64,000 nucleotides of DNA from an uncultured Methanomicrobiales archaeon. Lineage in GTDB: Archaea; Halobacteriota; Methanomicrobia; Methanomicrobiales; JACTUA01. Below the pieces are notes generated by a model. It was not told the origin of the DNA. It saw only the letters and a list, made by a program, of their open reading frames with translations, and did no database searches. Both the position numbers and the translations under genes were made by a program. Location: positions 11,303 through 75,302 of the forward strand of contig CAZKEV010000001.1 of NCBI GenBank assembly GCA_964551875.1. The letters run 5' to 3'. This document shows positions 39,949 to 49,236 of the stretch, piece by piece (positions within the stretch are counted from its first letter, which is position 1; each line of letters starts with the position of its first letter).

Positions 39949-40920
39949 ATGGATTACCTCCCTTTTCTCCTGATGTTTATCTTTTTCATCCTCATGCCCT
40001 TCGCACTCATGCTTCTTGTGATGCCCCGGAGCATCCGCGCGATGAAGGCACGCGGTTTTGTCGGACGTGATATGTACAAGCCGGATCGCCCTGAGGTCGC
40101 GATCAATGGGGGCCTGATCCTTCTCCTTATTGCTCTCTCCTCCATGTCAATCATCTCCCTCTTCTATTCGAAGCACATCCGTCCCGAGAACCATGCGATG
40201 ATCATGGTCATCGTCCTCTTCGCCCTCTTTGGCCTTGTCGATGATATGATCGATATCGGGAGAAGTGCAAAACTGATCCTCCTCTACTACTGCTCGTATC
40301 CCCTCATACCCTTTGTACCTGTAATCCCCCTGCAGATCCCTTTCATAGGCCCTCTGGACCTCAATATCCTCTACCTGCAGCTCCTCATCCCCACCTTCGT
40401 TCCCGTTGTCGCAAATCTCGTGAATATGCACTCCGGTTTCAATGGGCTTGCACCAGGTCTCTCACTCATGATCCTCACTACGCTCCTCGTAAAGACCTGG
40501 TTCTTCGGGGATATCTATAAGGTTCTTTTTATCATCTGCCTGACCGGCGCGCTTGCCGCCTACTTCCTCTTCGAGAAGTACCCTGCCCAGATCTTCTGGG
40601 GAAATGTGGGGGCACTCTCTGTCGGAGCCGCCATTGGGGCCACATGTGTCATCCAGGGATTCATTGTCTCAGGCTTTGTCATGCTCATACCCCACACGGT
40701 AAACTTCCTGATGTGGATCTACTGGAAACTGAATATGAAGCGCGTGCCCTTCGAGAAATTCGGGAAGATCAGGGAGGATGGGACCCTGGAGGTTCCAAAC
40801 CGATTTACCCTCAAGTGGGTGCTCCCCTATTATTTCCGACTCACGGAGAGACAGTCAGCCCTGGCGATGTTCGGTCTCACCGGCCTTTTCTGTATCGCAG
40901 GGTTTTTCATTCCGGGATGA
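39949..40920 (+). CDS. GPT/AglH-like polyprenyl-phosphate HexNAc-1-phosphate transferase (MraY/GT4 family)
   Basis: DMYKP, GLVDD, NLVNMHSGFNGL, FWGNVG; many TM segments. Confidence 0.85.
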   Translation: MDYLPFLLMFIFFILMPFALMLLVMPRSIRAMKARGFVGRDMYKPDRPEVAINGGLILLLIALSSMSIISLFYSKHIRPENHAMIMVIVLFALFGLVDDMIDIGRSAKLILLYYCSYPLIPFVPVIPLQIPFIGPLDLNILYLQLLIPTFVPVVANLVNMHSGFNGLAPGLSLMILTTLLVKTWFFGDIYKVLFIICLTGALAAYFLFEKYPAQIFWGNVGALSVGAAIGATCVIQGFIVSGFVMLIPHTVNFLMWIYWKLNMKRVPFEKFGKIREDGTLEVPNRFTLKWVLPYYFRLTERQSALAMFGLTGLFCIAGFFIPG

Positions 40921-40976
40921 GATAAGGAAAGAGAAGAATTATCGAACGATCCGAACTTGTGATGACGTGAGATTTT

Positions 40977-41369
40977 ATGGACCTTGTCACGATACCAAGG
41001 GCAATTGCAGGATATATTCTCATCCTTTTTGTACCTGGCTATGCACTCACCTGGGCCCTCTACCCGACTCACGAAGAGCTGGCTTTTATCGAGCGGATAG
41101 CCCTCTCATTTGTCCTGTCTATCGTATCCGTAATGATCTCCGTCCTCTTTGCCGACATCTTCCTCGGGATTGATGTCACACCGCCCAACATCGTCATTGT
41201 CATAATCATTGTGACCGCTCTTGCTGCGCTGATGTGGTTGCTCCAGGTGGTGTATGCGAAGAGCCGGTTGAAGCGATGGATAGACGGAAAACTCGGAAGG
41301 AGGCCGGAAGGTGTTCTTCAGGATCTGAAGGACTCTGATTCTGTGGAAAAATTCTGGAATATCCGATAA
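40977..41369 (+). CDS. DUF1616-type membrane protein
   Basis: LFVPGYALTWALYP...IERIALSFVLSI pattern typical of archaeal glycosylation loci. Confidence 0.75.
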   Translation: MDLVTIPRAIAGYILILFVPGYALTWALYPTHEELAFIERIALSFVLSIVSVMISVLFADIFLGIDVTPPNIVIVIIIVTALAALMWLLQVVYAKSRLKRWIDGKLGRRPEGVLQDLKDSDSVEKFWNIR

Positions 41370-41540
41370 AGAGAATTTCTCATGATCCATGTAATGACAA
41401 TTGGATCTCCCGAGATCTCATCTTAAATGAATCTGGAAATATGTTCATAATTTTACTTCTGGCTGAAGAATGATTCTACGGGCACAGGGTATTTATTCAA
41501 GAAGATTTATAATTTTATCTCAGGGAATAATTCCGCAGAT

Positions 41541-43124
41541 TTGGAGCTGAAGCATCATATGCGGATTAACGATATCATACCGCAGCTGGGGCAATTCCAT
41601 ACTCTCAATACGCAACAAGAAGAGAATCTTGGAAGGTTGATTGAAATCTCAAAGACTTTCAGTGAAGAAGCAGGTATTCCCTTTTTTCATTCCGCACCTG
41701 TCAATAACAGGACGATTGTTCTTGAGTCCGGTCACCAGCCAAACTTCTTACCCTACCCGGGGGTCTGGAAGAAGGCATTCCTTCTGGATTATATCCGGAG
41801 GCATCTCCACGAACTTGGTATGGATGCAATCGCCGTCTTCGGATTCGCTGATTACAACCTTTCGACCGCCTCATATCTCTTCCGGAACCAGGTCCCGGCC
41901 TTCAATAAACAGGGGAGTGAAAATATCGGGTTTAAAACCGCGGAAAAGAATCGCTGGAGATGTTTCCATACTCTGGAGAAGCCATCAGAAGAACGATTCC
42001 TGGCCGAGATGGAGAAAATAAAGCGGTTTTATGAGGAGAATGCAAAAAATCTGAACTCAAACAGAGAGATGATTGGATACCGAACTGAACAGCTGACGGA
42101 TCTCCTCCAGAGAAGTTACGAACGGGCCCGAAGCTTCTCGGGGATGAATGCCACGATCTTTGCCGGGATATGTACTGAAATCTTAGACCTTGATATCCTC
42201 TTTTTCCGATATACGGATCTCCAGAAGAACTGTCTTTTTATTGAATGCTCGCAGCAGATTCTCAATGATATCGAGAGATATAATTCTGTTTATCATCTTT
42301 CCGCCTCCTCTCACCAGACTGGCGTCCCACCCCCAGAAAAGGGAGACGTTCCTTTCTGGTATCACTGTGAATGTGGCGGGAAGGTCCACCTCATGATCGA
42401 TGCATCCTCTAATTTCATCGGAAAATGTCCTGTGTGCGAGAAAGAACATCGCATCTCCATGGGGCCCGAATATACAAATCTCGCCGAGAGATATCCCCGG
42501 ATGAGCCCGAATGCCGTTGCACGGAATATCATATTCGCCGAAGGTCTGGGAACTACCCTCTTCATATCCGGTGTCGGCGGCGGGCTTCATTATGGCCTGA
42601 TTGCAGATGCCATATCCCGGGATATGAATATTCACCGCCCCCTGACGCTCGCATGGCAGTCGAAGGATCATTACCTCGGGGTCGTGCACCAGGTTGCGCT
42701 CAAGGAACTGTTGCGGACCTTCCGTCTTACACCAGCAGACCTTCTCGATCCTGGAATAAGCCGGAGAATCGGTGAAATACGGTCTGCCCTTCTTCAGCAG
42801 GTCAAGGAAATGCAGGAGAACGGAGGCGATAAAAAGGAGATCCAGAGACTGGAAGGCAGGTTCCTGAACTCCGCGGTGCAGGCTGCAACGGTGAAGAAGA
42901 TATTTTCCTCAAACCCATCAGTTCTTGATCTCCTGGTCACCTGCGATGCGAAACAAATCTCGAAACAATGGAATACAGGGGCTTCGGAAGCAGAGATCAT
43001 TCACGAGGATCATCTCATAAGGATGCATGGTGATGTACTCTACCCATGCACTCCTGAATCCCCCGTAGCTCCAGATATGATCCCTGAAGTGTACAAGACA
43101 ATGGTATCGATTGAGGTTAAGTGA
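41541..43124 (+). CDS. Uncharacterised BshC-like / class I aminoacyl-tRNA-synthetase-fold protein with Zn-ribbon motif
   Basis: VLESGHQPNF, FGFADY, YHCECG...KCPVC, MSPNAVAR, FISGVGGGLHY. Family call is inference. Confidence 0.5.
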   Translation: MELKHHMRINDIIPQLGQFHTLNTQQEENLGRLIEISKTFSEEAGIPFFHSAPVNNRTIVLESGHQPNFLPYPGVWKKAFLLDYIRRHLHELGMDAIAVFGFADYNLSTASYLFRNQVPAFNKQGSENIGFKTAEKNRWRCFHTLEKPSEERFLAEMEKIKRFYEENAKNLNSNREMIGYRTEQLTDLLQRSYERARSFSGMNATIFAGICTEILDLDILFFRYTDLQKNCLFIECSQQILNDIERYNSVYHLSASSHQTGVPPPEKGDVPFWYHCECGGKVHLMIDASSNFIGKCPVCEKEHRISMGPEYTNLAERYPRMSPNAVARNIIFAEGLGTTLFISGVGGGLHYGLIADAISRDMNIHRPLTLAWQSKDHYLGVVHQVALKELLRTFRLTPADLLDPGISRRIGEIRSALLQQVKEMQENGGDKKEIQRLEGRFLNSAVQAATVKKIFSSNPSVLDLLVTCDAKQISKQWNTGASEAEIIHEDHLIRMHGDVLYPCTPESPVAPDMIPEVYKTMVSIEVK

Positions 43125-43762
43125 TGGCGCGCAAAATCCTCATCATAAGCCCGCACACCGATGATGGAGAACTCGGTTGCGGGGGATCCGTCGCCCGGTT
43201 TGTTGAAGAAGGGGACGAGGTTTCATATGTTGCTCTCTCGTCCTGTGAGAAATCCATCCCTCCGGAATATCCCTGCGACATCCTGAAGCAGGAGGTTAGG
43301 AATGCCACCCAGGTTCTTGGCATCACCGAACCGGTCCTCTTCGAGTTCGAGGTCAGGGAATTTCCCAGGCTCAGGCAGGAGATTCTCGACACCCTCATCT
43401 CTCTCCGGAACGAGATCCGGCCGGAGATCGTCTTCACTCCTTCCTCCTTCGATACCCATCAGGATCACAAGACCACCCGTGAAGAGACCCTCCGGGCCTT
43501 CAAGCAATGCACAATTCTCGGTTACGAGCAGCCCTGGAACAACATAACTTTCAACACCCTTGCGTTCATTTCCCTGAAGGAACACCATATACAGAAAAAG
43601 ATCGAGGCGCTCGGGTGTTACAAGACCCAGAAACACCGGGCATATCTCTCGGGTGATTTTATTCGAGGCCTCGCACTGACCCGGGGTGTCCAGATCGAAG
43701 AGAAGTATGCAGAGGCATTCGAGGTGATCAAGTGGGTCATGAGGTTATCGGGTGAGTCATGA
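43121..43762 (+). CDS. PIG-L/LmbE-family deacetylase
   Basis: ISPHTDDGELGCGG, DTHQDH, AEAF; overlaps neighbours by 4 nt. Confidence 0.9.
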   Translation: MMARKILIISPHTDDGELGCGGSVARFVEEGDEVSYVALSSCEKSIPPEYPCDILKQEVRNATQVLGITEPVLFEFEVREFPRLRQEILDTLISLRNEIRPEIVFTPSSFDTHQDHKTTREETLRAFKQCTILGYEQPWNNITFNTLAFISLKEHHIQKKIEALGCYKTQKHRAYLSGDFIRGLALTRGVQIEEKYAEAFEVIKWVMRLSGES

Positions 43763-44850
43763 AATTGCTCATTGATGTGGCCCACCCGGCTCATGTACAC
43801 TTTTTCAAGAATTTCCTCGGCGAGATGAGATCCCGGGGCCACGAGATTCTCGTCACCGCGAGGGACAAGGAGGTCACCCTTGCCTTACTTGATAAATACG
43901 GCATTCCATACATAAACAGGGGGTCGATCCAGAAAAGCGTCCTGAAGAAAGCCCTCTCTCTCATCAGGATCGATGCAAAGCTGTGGAAGATCGCCAGGGG
44001 ATTTCAACCGGATCTCTTCCTTGGTATCCACAACCCCTACATTGCCCATGTCGGAGCGGTGATGAGAAGACCCTCGATCATCTTCACCGACACCGAGGGA
44101 GTGAAGGTGGCGAGCATGCTCACCTATCCCTTCGCAAGCGCCATCTGCACTCCGTCGTGTTTCCGGGAGGTCCTCGACCCGAGGAAACATGTCAGGTACA
44201 ACGGCTACAAGGAACTCGCGTATCTCCATCCATCGCGCTTTACTCCACGGGAGGAGGACCTCGGGGACATTGGGCTCTCGAGATCCGACGATTTCATCGT
44301 TTTGCGCTTTATTTCATGGGGCGCGATCCATGACACTTCCCTGAAAGGGATTCAGAGTGGTTCTGAGCTGGAGTTCATCAGGGCACTCGAGGAGTACGGG
44401 AAGGTGCTTCTCACCTCTGAACGTCCCCTTGCAGGGGATCTGGAGAAATACAGGGTTCGGATTTCACCCGAAAAGATCCATTCCCTTCTCTCCTTTGCAC
44501 GGCTCTATATCGGCGAGGGTGGGACGATGGCGACCGAGGCGGCAGTCCTGGGGACGCCGGCGATCCATATTGAATCGACGGGAACGGGCCAGGCGACCGG
44601 TGAGACCTCCGGGAATTTTCTTGAACTCAGGGACAGGTACCACCTGCTCAGATTCTTCCCCGATCAGTACAGGGCACTTGATGAGGCTGTTGGAATACTC
44701 AAAAATTCAGAATCGAAGAGCGAATGGAAGAATAAACGCGAGTTGCTACTTCATGAGAAAATTGATGTCACAGCCTGGATGACCGATTTCGTCGAAAGAT
44801 ACCCTTCGAGTTTTCATGAATACCAGGGCACCGGTGGAATCGGGAGATGA
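43759..44850 (+). CDS. DUF354-family GT-B-like protein
   Basis: DVAHPAHVHFFK, VTARDK, FTDTE, YNGYKELAYLHP, GEGGTMATEAAVLGTP. Confidence 0.88.
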   Translation: MKLLIDVAHPAHVHFFKNFLGEMRSRGHEILVTARDKEVTLALLDKYGIPYINRGSIQKSVLKKALSLIRIDAKLWKIARGFQPDLFLGIHNPYIAHVGAVMRRPSIIFTDTEGVKVASMLTYPFASAICTPSCFREVLDPRKHVRYNGYKELAYLHPSRFTPREEDLGDIGLSRSDDFIVLRFISWGAIHDTSLKGIQSGSELEFIRALEEYGKVLLTSERPLAGDLEKYRVRISPEKIHSLLSFARLYIGEGGTMATEAAVLGTPAIHIESTGTGQATGETSGNFLELRDRYHLLRFFPDQYRALDEAVGILKNSESKSEWKNKRELLLHEKIDVTAWMTDFVERYPSSFHEYQGTGGIGR

Positions 44851-46478
44851 TCTCCTTTCATCACCGTTCCAGTGATTCCTATGGTACTTACGGTATAGAG
44901 CATTTTTTCAGAAAATACGGTATCCCTGTTGACGTTAACCCCCCACAACCATCAAGGGTGAGCATTGGTTACGGGATAAGAAGCCCAGGCGAGAATTTTA
45001 GTATACTGATCCGCGAAAACGAGATCCTGGACGGGATAACGGGATCTCTGGAGGCACAGGGAAAAAAGGCCCCTCTCTTCGAGGTCCCTTCCGATACCGG
45101 TGATGACGGCCTTCCCCTGGCCTTCTATTCGTCAGGAGCTCTGAAATATCCCTGTATGAGTGTGACCGAGGCCGGAATTATTATCGGATTTGACCTCTTC
45201 AAGGAAACCGGACGCATTCTTTCCGGTTCTTTGGATAAGGTCAGGGAAAAACAGGGCACTTCTGACCCGGATCCGTTTACTTCCGTCCCTCTGGTTGATT
45301 TCTACGAATCGCAATTATTCGATGCAATCCTCCGTGCCTACAAGAGAGCCGAGATCCCCCTCGTTCTGGTACCCTTCTGGCCTGACGGGAAAAAGTTCGC
45401 CGTCTGCCTGACCCATGACGTGGATGAGGTGAAAAAAACTTATCAGTGGCTGACGTATCCGGTAAAACTGATTAAAAGAGGTAATTTCAAAGGCCTGACA
45501 CATCAGTTTTCTTCATTATTCAAGAAACTGAGGGGTAAGGAACCCTACTGGACGTTTGATGAGCTGATTCCTCTCGAAGAACGGCTGGGGGTGGTTTCAT
45601 CCTATTTCTTCCTGCAGGAAAATGCCAGGGTCCGAGTGCAGGAAAGGAAAACATGGAAACACATGGGAAGGCGTTATCGATTGGATGACCCGGCAGTGAA
45701 ACAGGTACTTGAAACTCTTCAATTAAAGGGGCACGATATCGGGCTTCACGGGTCTTATGATTCCTACCTTGATGCGGCGTTGCTCTCAGAGGAGAAGAAG
45801 GAACTGGAGAAGATTCTCTCCGGGCATGTTTATGGAACGAGGCAGCACAATCTGAACTTCCGTTTTCCTGATACCTTATTGATCCAGGAAAAGGCTGGTC
45901 TTCTCTACGACTCCACCCTGGGCTTTAACAATACCCTCGGATTCCGCTGGGGAACATGTTTTCCCTTCTATCCTTTCGATCCGAAGGACCAGCGCGGATT
46001 GAACATCCTTGAAATCCCTCTGGTCATCCAGGATACGGTCTTTTTCAGGTATCAGGATCCATGGGGCGAATTTTTAAAACTGGTCAAGGAAATCCAGTCG
46101 TATCAGGGGGTTCTTACATTGCTCTGGCATCATGCGGTCTTTAATGACGATGAATTTCCCGGGTGGGGCCCCCTCTACAGCAGAATCATCGAGTTCTGCA
46201 AACAACAGGGTGCATGGGTTACGAATGGCAGGGAGATTGCGGAATGGTGGAAAGGGAGGGAGTCCATCCGAATAAAAGCTGAATTTGATGGATTTACCAT
46301 GAAAATCAGGCCTATTCCTGGGGATCATGACATCGCGATATATTTACCGGGACCATGGTCGGTGGAAAAAATCACAAATGCAGGGCTCGTGGAATTTGAT
46401 CACCAGATAATGGTAATCCGACCGGACGACTCCGCGGAAGGGAGTGGGATCGAGATACAATTTTCAGGGACCAAATAA
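44847..46478 (+). CDS. Polysaccharide deacetylase-family protein with N-terminal extension
   Basis: CLTHDVD, SSYFFL, GLHGSY, RQHNL, YDSTLG, LTLLWH. Confidence 0.88.
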   Translation: MISFHHRSSDSYGTYGIEHFFRKYGIPVDVNPPQPSRVSIGYGIRSPGENFSILIRENEILDGITGSLEAQGKKAPLFEVPSDTGDDGLPLAFYSSGALKYPCMSVTEAGIIIGFDLFKETGRILSGSLDKVREKQGTSDPDPFTSVPLVDFYESQLFDAILRAYKRAEIPLVLVPFWPDGKKFAVCLTHDVDEVKKTYQWLTYPVKLIKRGNFKGLTHQFSSLFKKLRGKEPYWTFDELIPLEERLGVVSSYFFLQENARVRVQERKTWKHMGRRYRLDDPAVKQVLETLQLKGHDIGLHGSYDSYLDAALLSEEKKELEKILSGHVYGTRQHNLNFRFPDTLLIQEKAGLLYDSTLGFNNTLGFRWGTCFPFYPFDPKDQRGLNILEIPLVIQDTVFFRYQDPWGEFLKLVKEIQSYQGVLTLLWHHAVFNDDEFPGWGPLYSRIIEFCKQQGAWVTNGREIAEWWKGRESIRIKAEFDGFTMKIRPIPGDHDIAIYLPGPWSVEKITNAGLVEFDHQIMVIRPDDSAEGSGIEIQFSGTK

Positions 46479-46613
46479 CTGCAATATTTGATAAACAGAT
46501 CAATTTATCTGATAAATAAATATAATATAAGAATAATACTATTTCTTAAAATATATAAAATATCGATGCGATATTAATTATGATCACAGACAAGAATTAT
46601 AGAACTGAGTCCG

Positions 46614-47633
46614 ATGATGAAATTTGAGATCCATGTTGCACAGGATAATGAAGCCGGTTTATGGGATCAGATAAATGACAGTTCTGCCCATGGATCCCCG
46701 TTTCATACGTGGAAGTGGCTGAAAATAGCCGAGCGACATTCAAATTCGAAGCTTGTTCCGATCATCGGTTTTAGGGATGACGAACCCCTGGGGATATTTC
46801 CCCTCTTTTTTGGGAAAAAATACTTCGTTCGATTTGTATTTTCTCCCCCTCCCCGTACTGCACTCCTGTACCTGGGTCCTGTTCTGGCCAATTATGATAA
46901 TCTAAGACAGGAACGAAAGGAGTACTTCTTTTCCGAGTTCCAAAGTAGGGTTGATCAATATATTACCGACTCGCTTTCCCCGGGCTATACCTACATCGCT
47001 CTTCCTTACGGGCTGTCCGATCCCCGCCCGTTCAAATGGTCAGGCTATTCCATCGGCCAGACGTATGATTATTCGACGAACCTGAATGGCAGTATTGATG
47101 ATGTCTGGCTGAGGTTCAAGCCCAAATTACGAAAGGATATAGATAGGGCGGAAAGAAAGGGAATCCACGCTGAAGAGGGTGGTAAAAAGGAGCTCGAGAT
47201 CATTTACGACCTTCTCGTGGAAAGGTATCGCGAACAGAACAGGGTTGTGAAGGTGCCTAAAAACTATCTTTTCGACCTCCATGATACTTTCCCTCAAAAT
47301 ATGAAGATCTTCGTGGCAAAATCAGATGACCAGATCATCACGGGATCGGTTGAAATCCTCCACCGGGATGCATTGCTGAGCTGGATAGGATCACCCAAGC
47401 CCAAAGATGAGAAGTATCAGTCCCCCAACGAGGTGCTCACATGGGAAATCATGAAATATTCTTATGAACATGGCCTGAAGAAGAATATCCAGCTTGGTAC
47501 TGCAGGGAATGAGAGATTGTCAAAATATTATTCGAAATTTAACCGGGACCTCAACGTGCGCTTTACAGCCAAAAAAACCACCCCGGTCACGAAAATAATG
47601 GAGATCGTGTACTGTTCGGTGCTGAGCCGGTAA
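46614..47633 (+). CDS. FemAB-like double-GNAT protein 1
   Basis: FHTWKWLKI, YLGPV, RKDIDRAERKG, PNEVLTWEIM, SKFN. Confidence 0.82.
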   Translation: MMKFEIHVAQDNEAGLWDQINDSSAHGSPFHTWKWLKIAERHSNSKLVPIIGFRDDEPLGIFPLFFGKKYFVRFVFSPPPRTALLYLGPVLANYDNLRQERKEYFFSEFQSRVDQYITDSLSPGYTYIALPYGLSDPRPFKWSGYSIGQTYDYSTNLNGSIDDVWLRFKPKLRKDIDRAERKGIHAEEGGKKELEIIYDLLVERYREQNRVVKVPKNYLFDLHDTFPQNMKIFVAKSDDQIITGSVEILHRDALLSWIGSPKPKDEKYQSPNEVLTWEIMKYSYEHGLKKNIQLGTAGNERLSKYYSKFNRDLNVRFTAKKTTPVTKIMEIVYCSVLSR

Positions 47634-47703
47634 AATCACTTTCGGGTCCTTATTCGATGGAGAATATTTCATTAACGTTCAGGGAAATATAATCTTAAAA
47701 CCT

Positions 47704-48711
47704 ATGGACATTGATTTGAAGATTGCCACTGAGGATGATTCCAAGGGCTGGGATGATATCGTACATTCCTCTCCGCACGGAACCATCTTTCACACCTGGA
47801 AGTGGCTCAAGATCGTTGAGAGGCACAGGGGCTGCACATTTTACCCGCTTATTGCGTACCGGGATACCTCTCTTTATGCGATATACCCGATTTTTCTCCA
47901 GAAGAAGGGTATTTTCCGAATCGCCCTTTCCCCCCCCTCCCATGCATACCTCCTCTACCTCGGGCCGGTCATTATCGACTATGAGAAGAAAAAGCAGGAT
48001 AAAAAGGAGAGCATTTTCATCGAGCTCCAGCGCGAGGTTGATAAATTCATTTTTGAGAGGATGAAATGTAGATATTCAAGAATACGCCTTTCACCCGGAT
48101 TAAACGATTCAAGGCCATTACAATGGAATAATTATACGGTGACCCCCCTGTATACCCTCCGGACAGGTCTTGGGATTGGCAAGGAGCAGATTCTCGAAAG
48201 ATTTGACAGGAAACTCCGGGTAAGCCTGAACCGGGCAATAAAGGAGGGAGTTGTCGTCCGAGAAGGAAAGAGGGAGGATTTGCTTCTGGTCGAGGAGAAC
48301 CTGACCCGGAGACGAAAGGATCAGAGTCTTCCATCGACCGATCACGTCGGATATCTCCTCGACCTGTATGATCATTTTCATGACAACATGAAAATATTCC
48401 TGGCATATCACCAGGATGAACTCGTGGGAAGCCTCGTGGCCCTCGTCTACAGGGATATCATGCACCTCTGGATAGGGACCCCGAAAAGCGAATTAAAAGG
48501 CGTATATCCCAATGATCTCGTCCAGTGGGAGGCGATGAAGTGGGCCTGCGACCACCAGCTCACCTATTTCGAAAGCATGGATGCCGGGGATGATCTCCGG
48601 CTAAGGGCGTACAAGTCAAAATGGAACCCCGATCCCCTAATCTGGTTCTCTGCAGAGAAATACTCCTCCCCGTTGTTCAGGATTGGAGAACGGCTTTTCA
48701 TGAAGAAGTAA
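47704..48711 (+). CDS. FemAB-like double-GNAT protein 2
   Basis: FHTWKWLKI, YLGPV, PNDLVQWEAM, YKSKWN. Confidence 0.82.
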   Translation: MDIDLKIATEDDSKGWDDIVHSSPHGTIFHTWKWLKIVERHRGCTFYPLIAYRDTSLYAIYPIFLQKKGIFRIALSPPSHAYLLYLGPVIIDYEKKKQDKKESIFIELQREVDKFIFERMKCRYSRIRLSPGLNDSRPLQWNNYTVTPLYTLRTGLGIGKEQILERFDRKLRVSLNRAIKEGVVVREGKREDLLLVEENLTRRRKDQSLPSTDHVGYLLDLYDHFHDNMKIFLAYHQDELVGSLVALVYRDIMHLWIGTPKSELKGVYPNDLVQWEAMKWACDHQLTYFESMDAGDDLRLRAYKSKWNPDPLIWFSAEKYSSPLFRIGERLFMKK

Positions 48712-49050
48712 GACACTGAAGACAGTGGTATGGTTTGATAACCATATCACTAAATCTCCCCTTTTTGAGGTTCTTTTCAGAAAAAACGAGCTTTATATAT
48801 CCCCAATAGGTTCTCATATAATATATTTCCTTGAGGATCATGCTCTCAAATTTTCGGCATCTGCCGAAGTCCCTCAAAATTAGAACCTTTTTAAAAAGCT
48901 TCAAAGCGAGGTAGGTTCCATATGAAACCATTTCCCATCCACACGAATTATGCCCGGGAACGCACCCGGGCCATGCCCGAGAAGATCAGGGCTCACCCAT
49001 GAGATACATCTGCTCTGGGGTGGGCTCCTAGGGTGCAGCATAACAATAAC

Positions 49051-49102
49051 GGCATTCCCATATCTCCGGATCCTCCGGGGCGAGGTGCGGGCCGATCCGC
49101 AC
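49051..49102 (+). repeat. Direct repeat, left copy, flanking the RlpA-SH3 gene
   Basis: GGCATTCCCATATCTCCGGATCCTCCGGGGCGAGGTGCGGGCCGATCCGCAC; 46/52 identical to 50784-50835. Confidence 0.85.
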
Positions 49103-49236
49103 GCAGTGCAGGGGATCAGAGGAGGATCGGATACCATGAAGAGGGGGAGGATATTTGGGTATGTCAGGGTTAGGTTAGGGGAGGGTGAAAGTGAGGGTAG
49201 TTTCATTCCCCAATATTCGGAATATAAAAAATTTGT

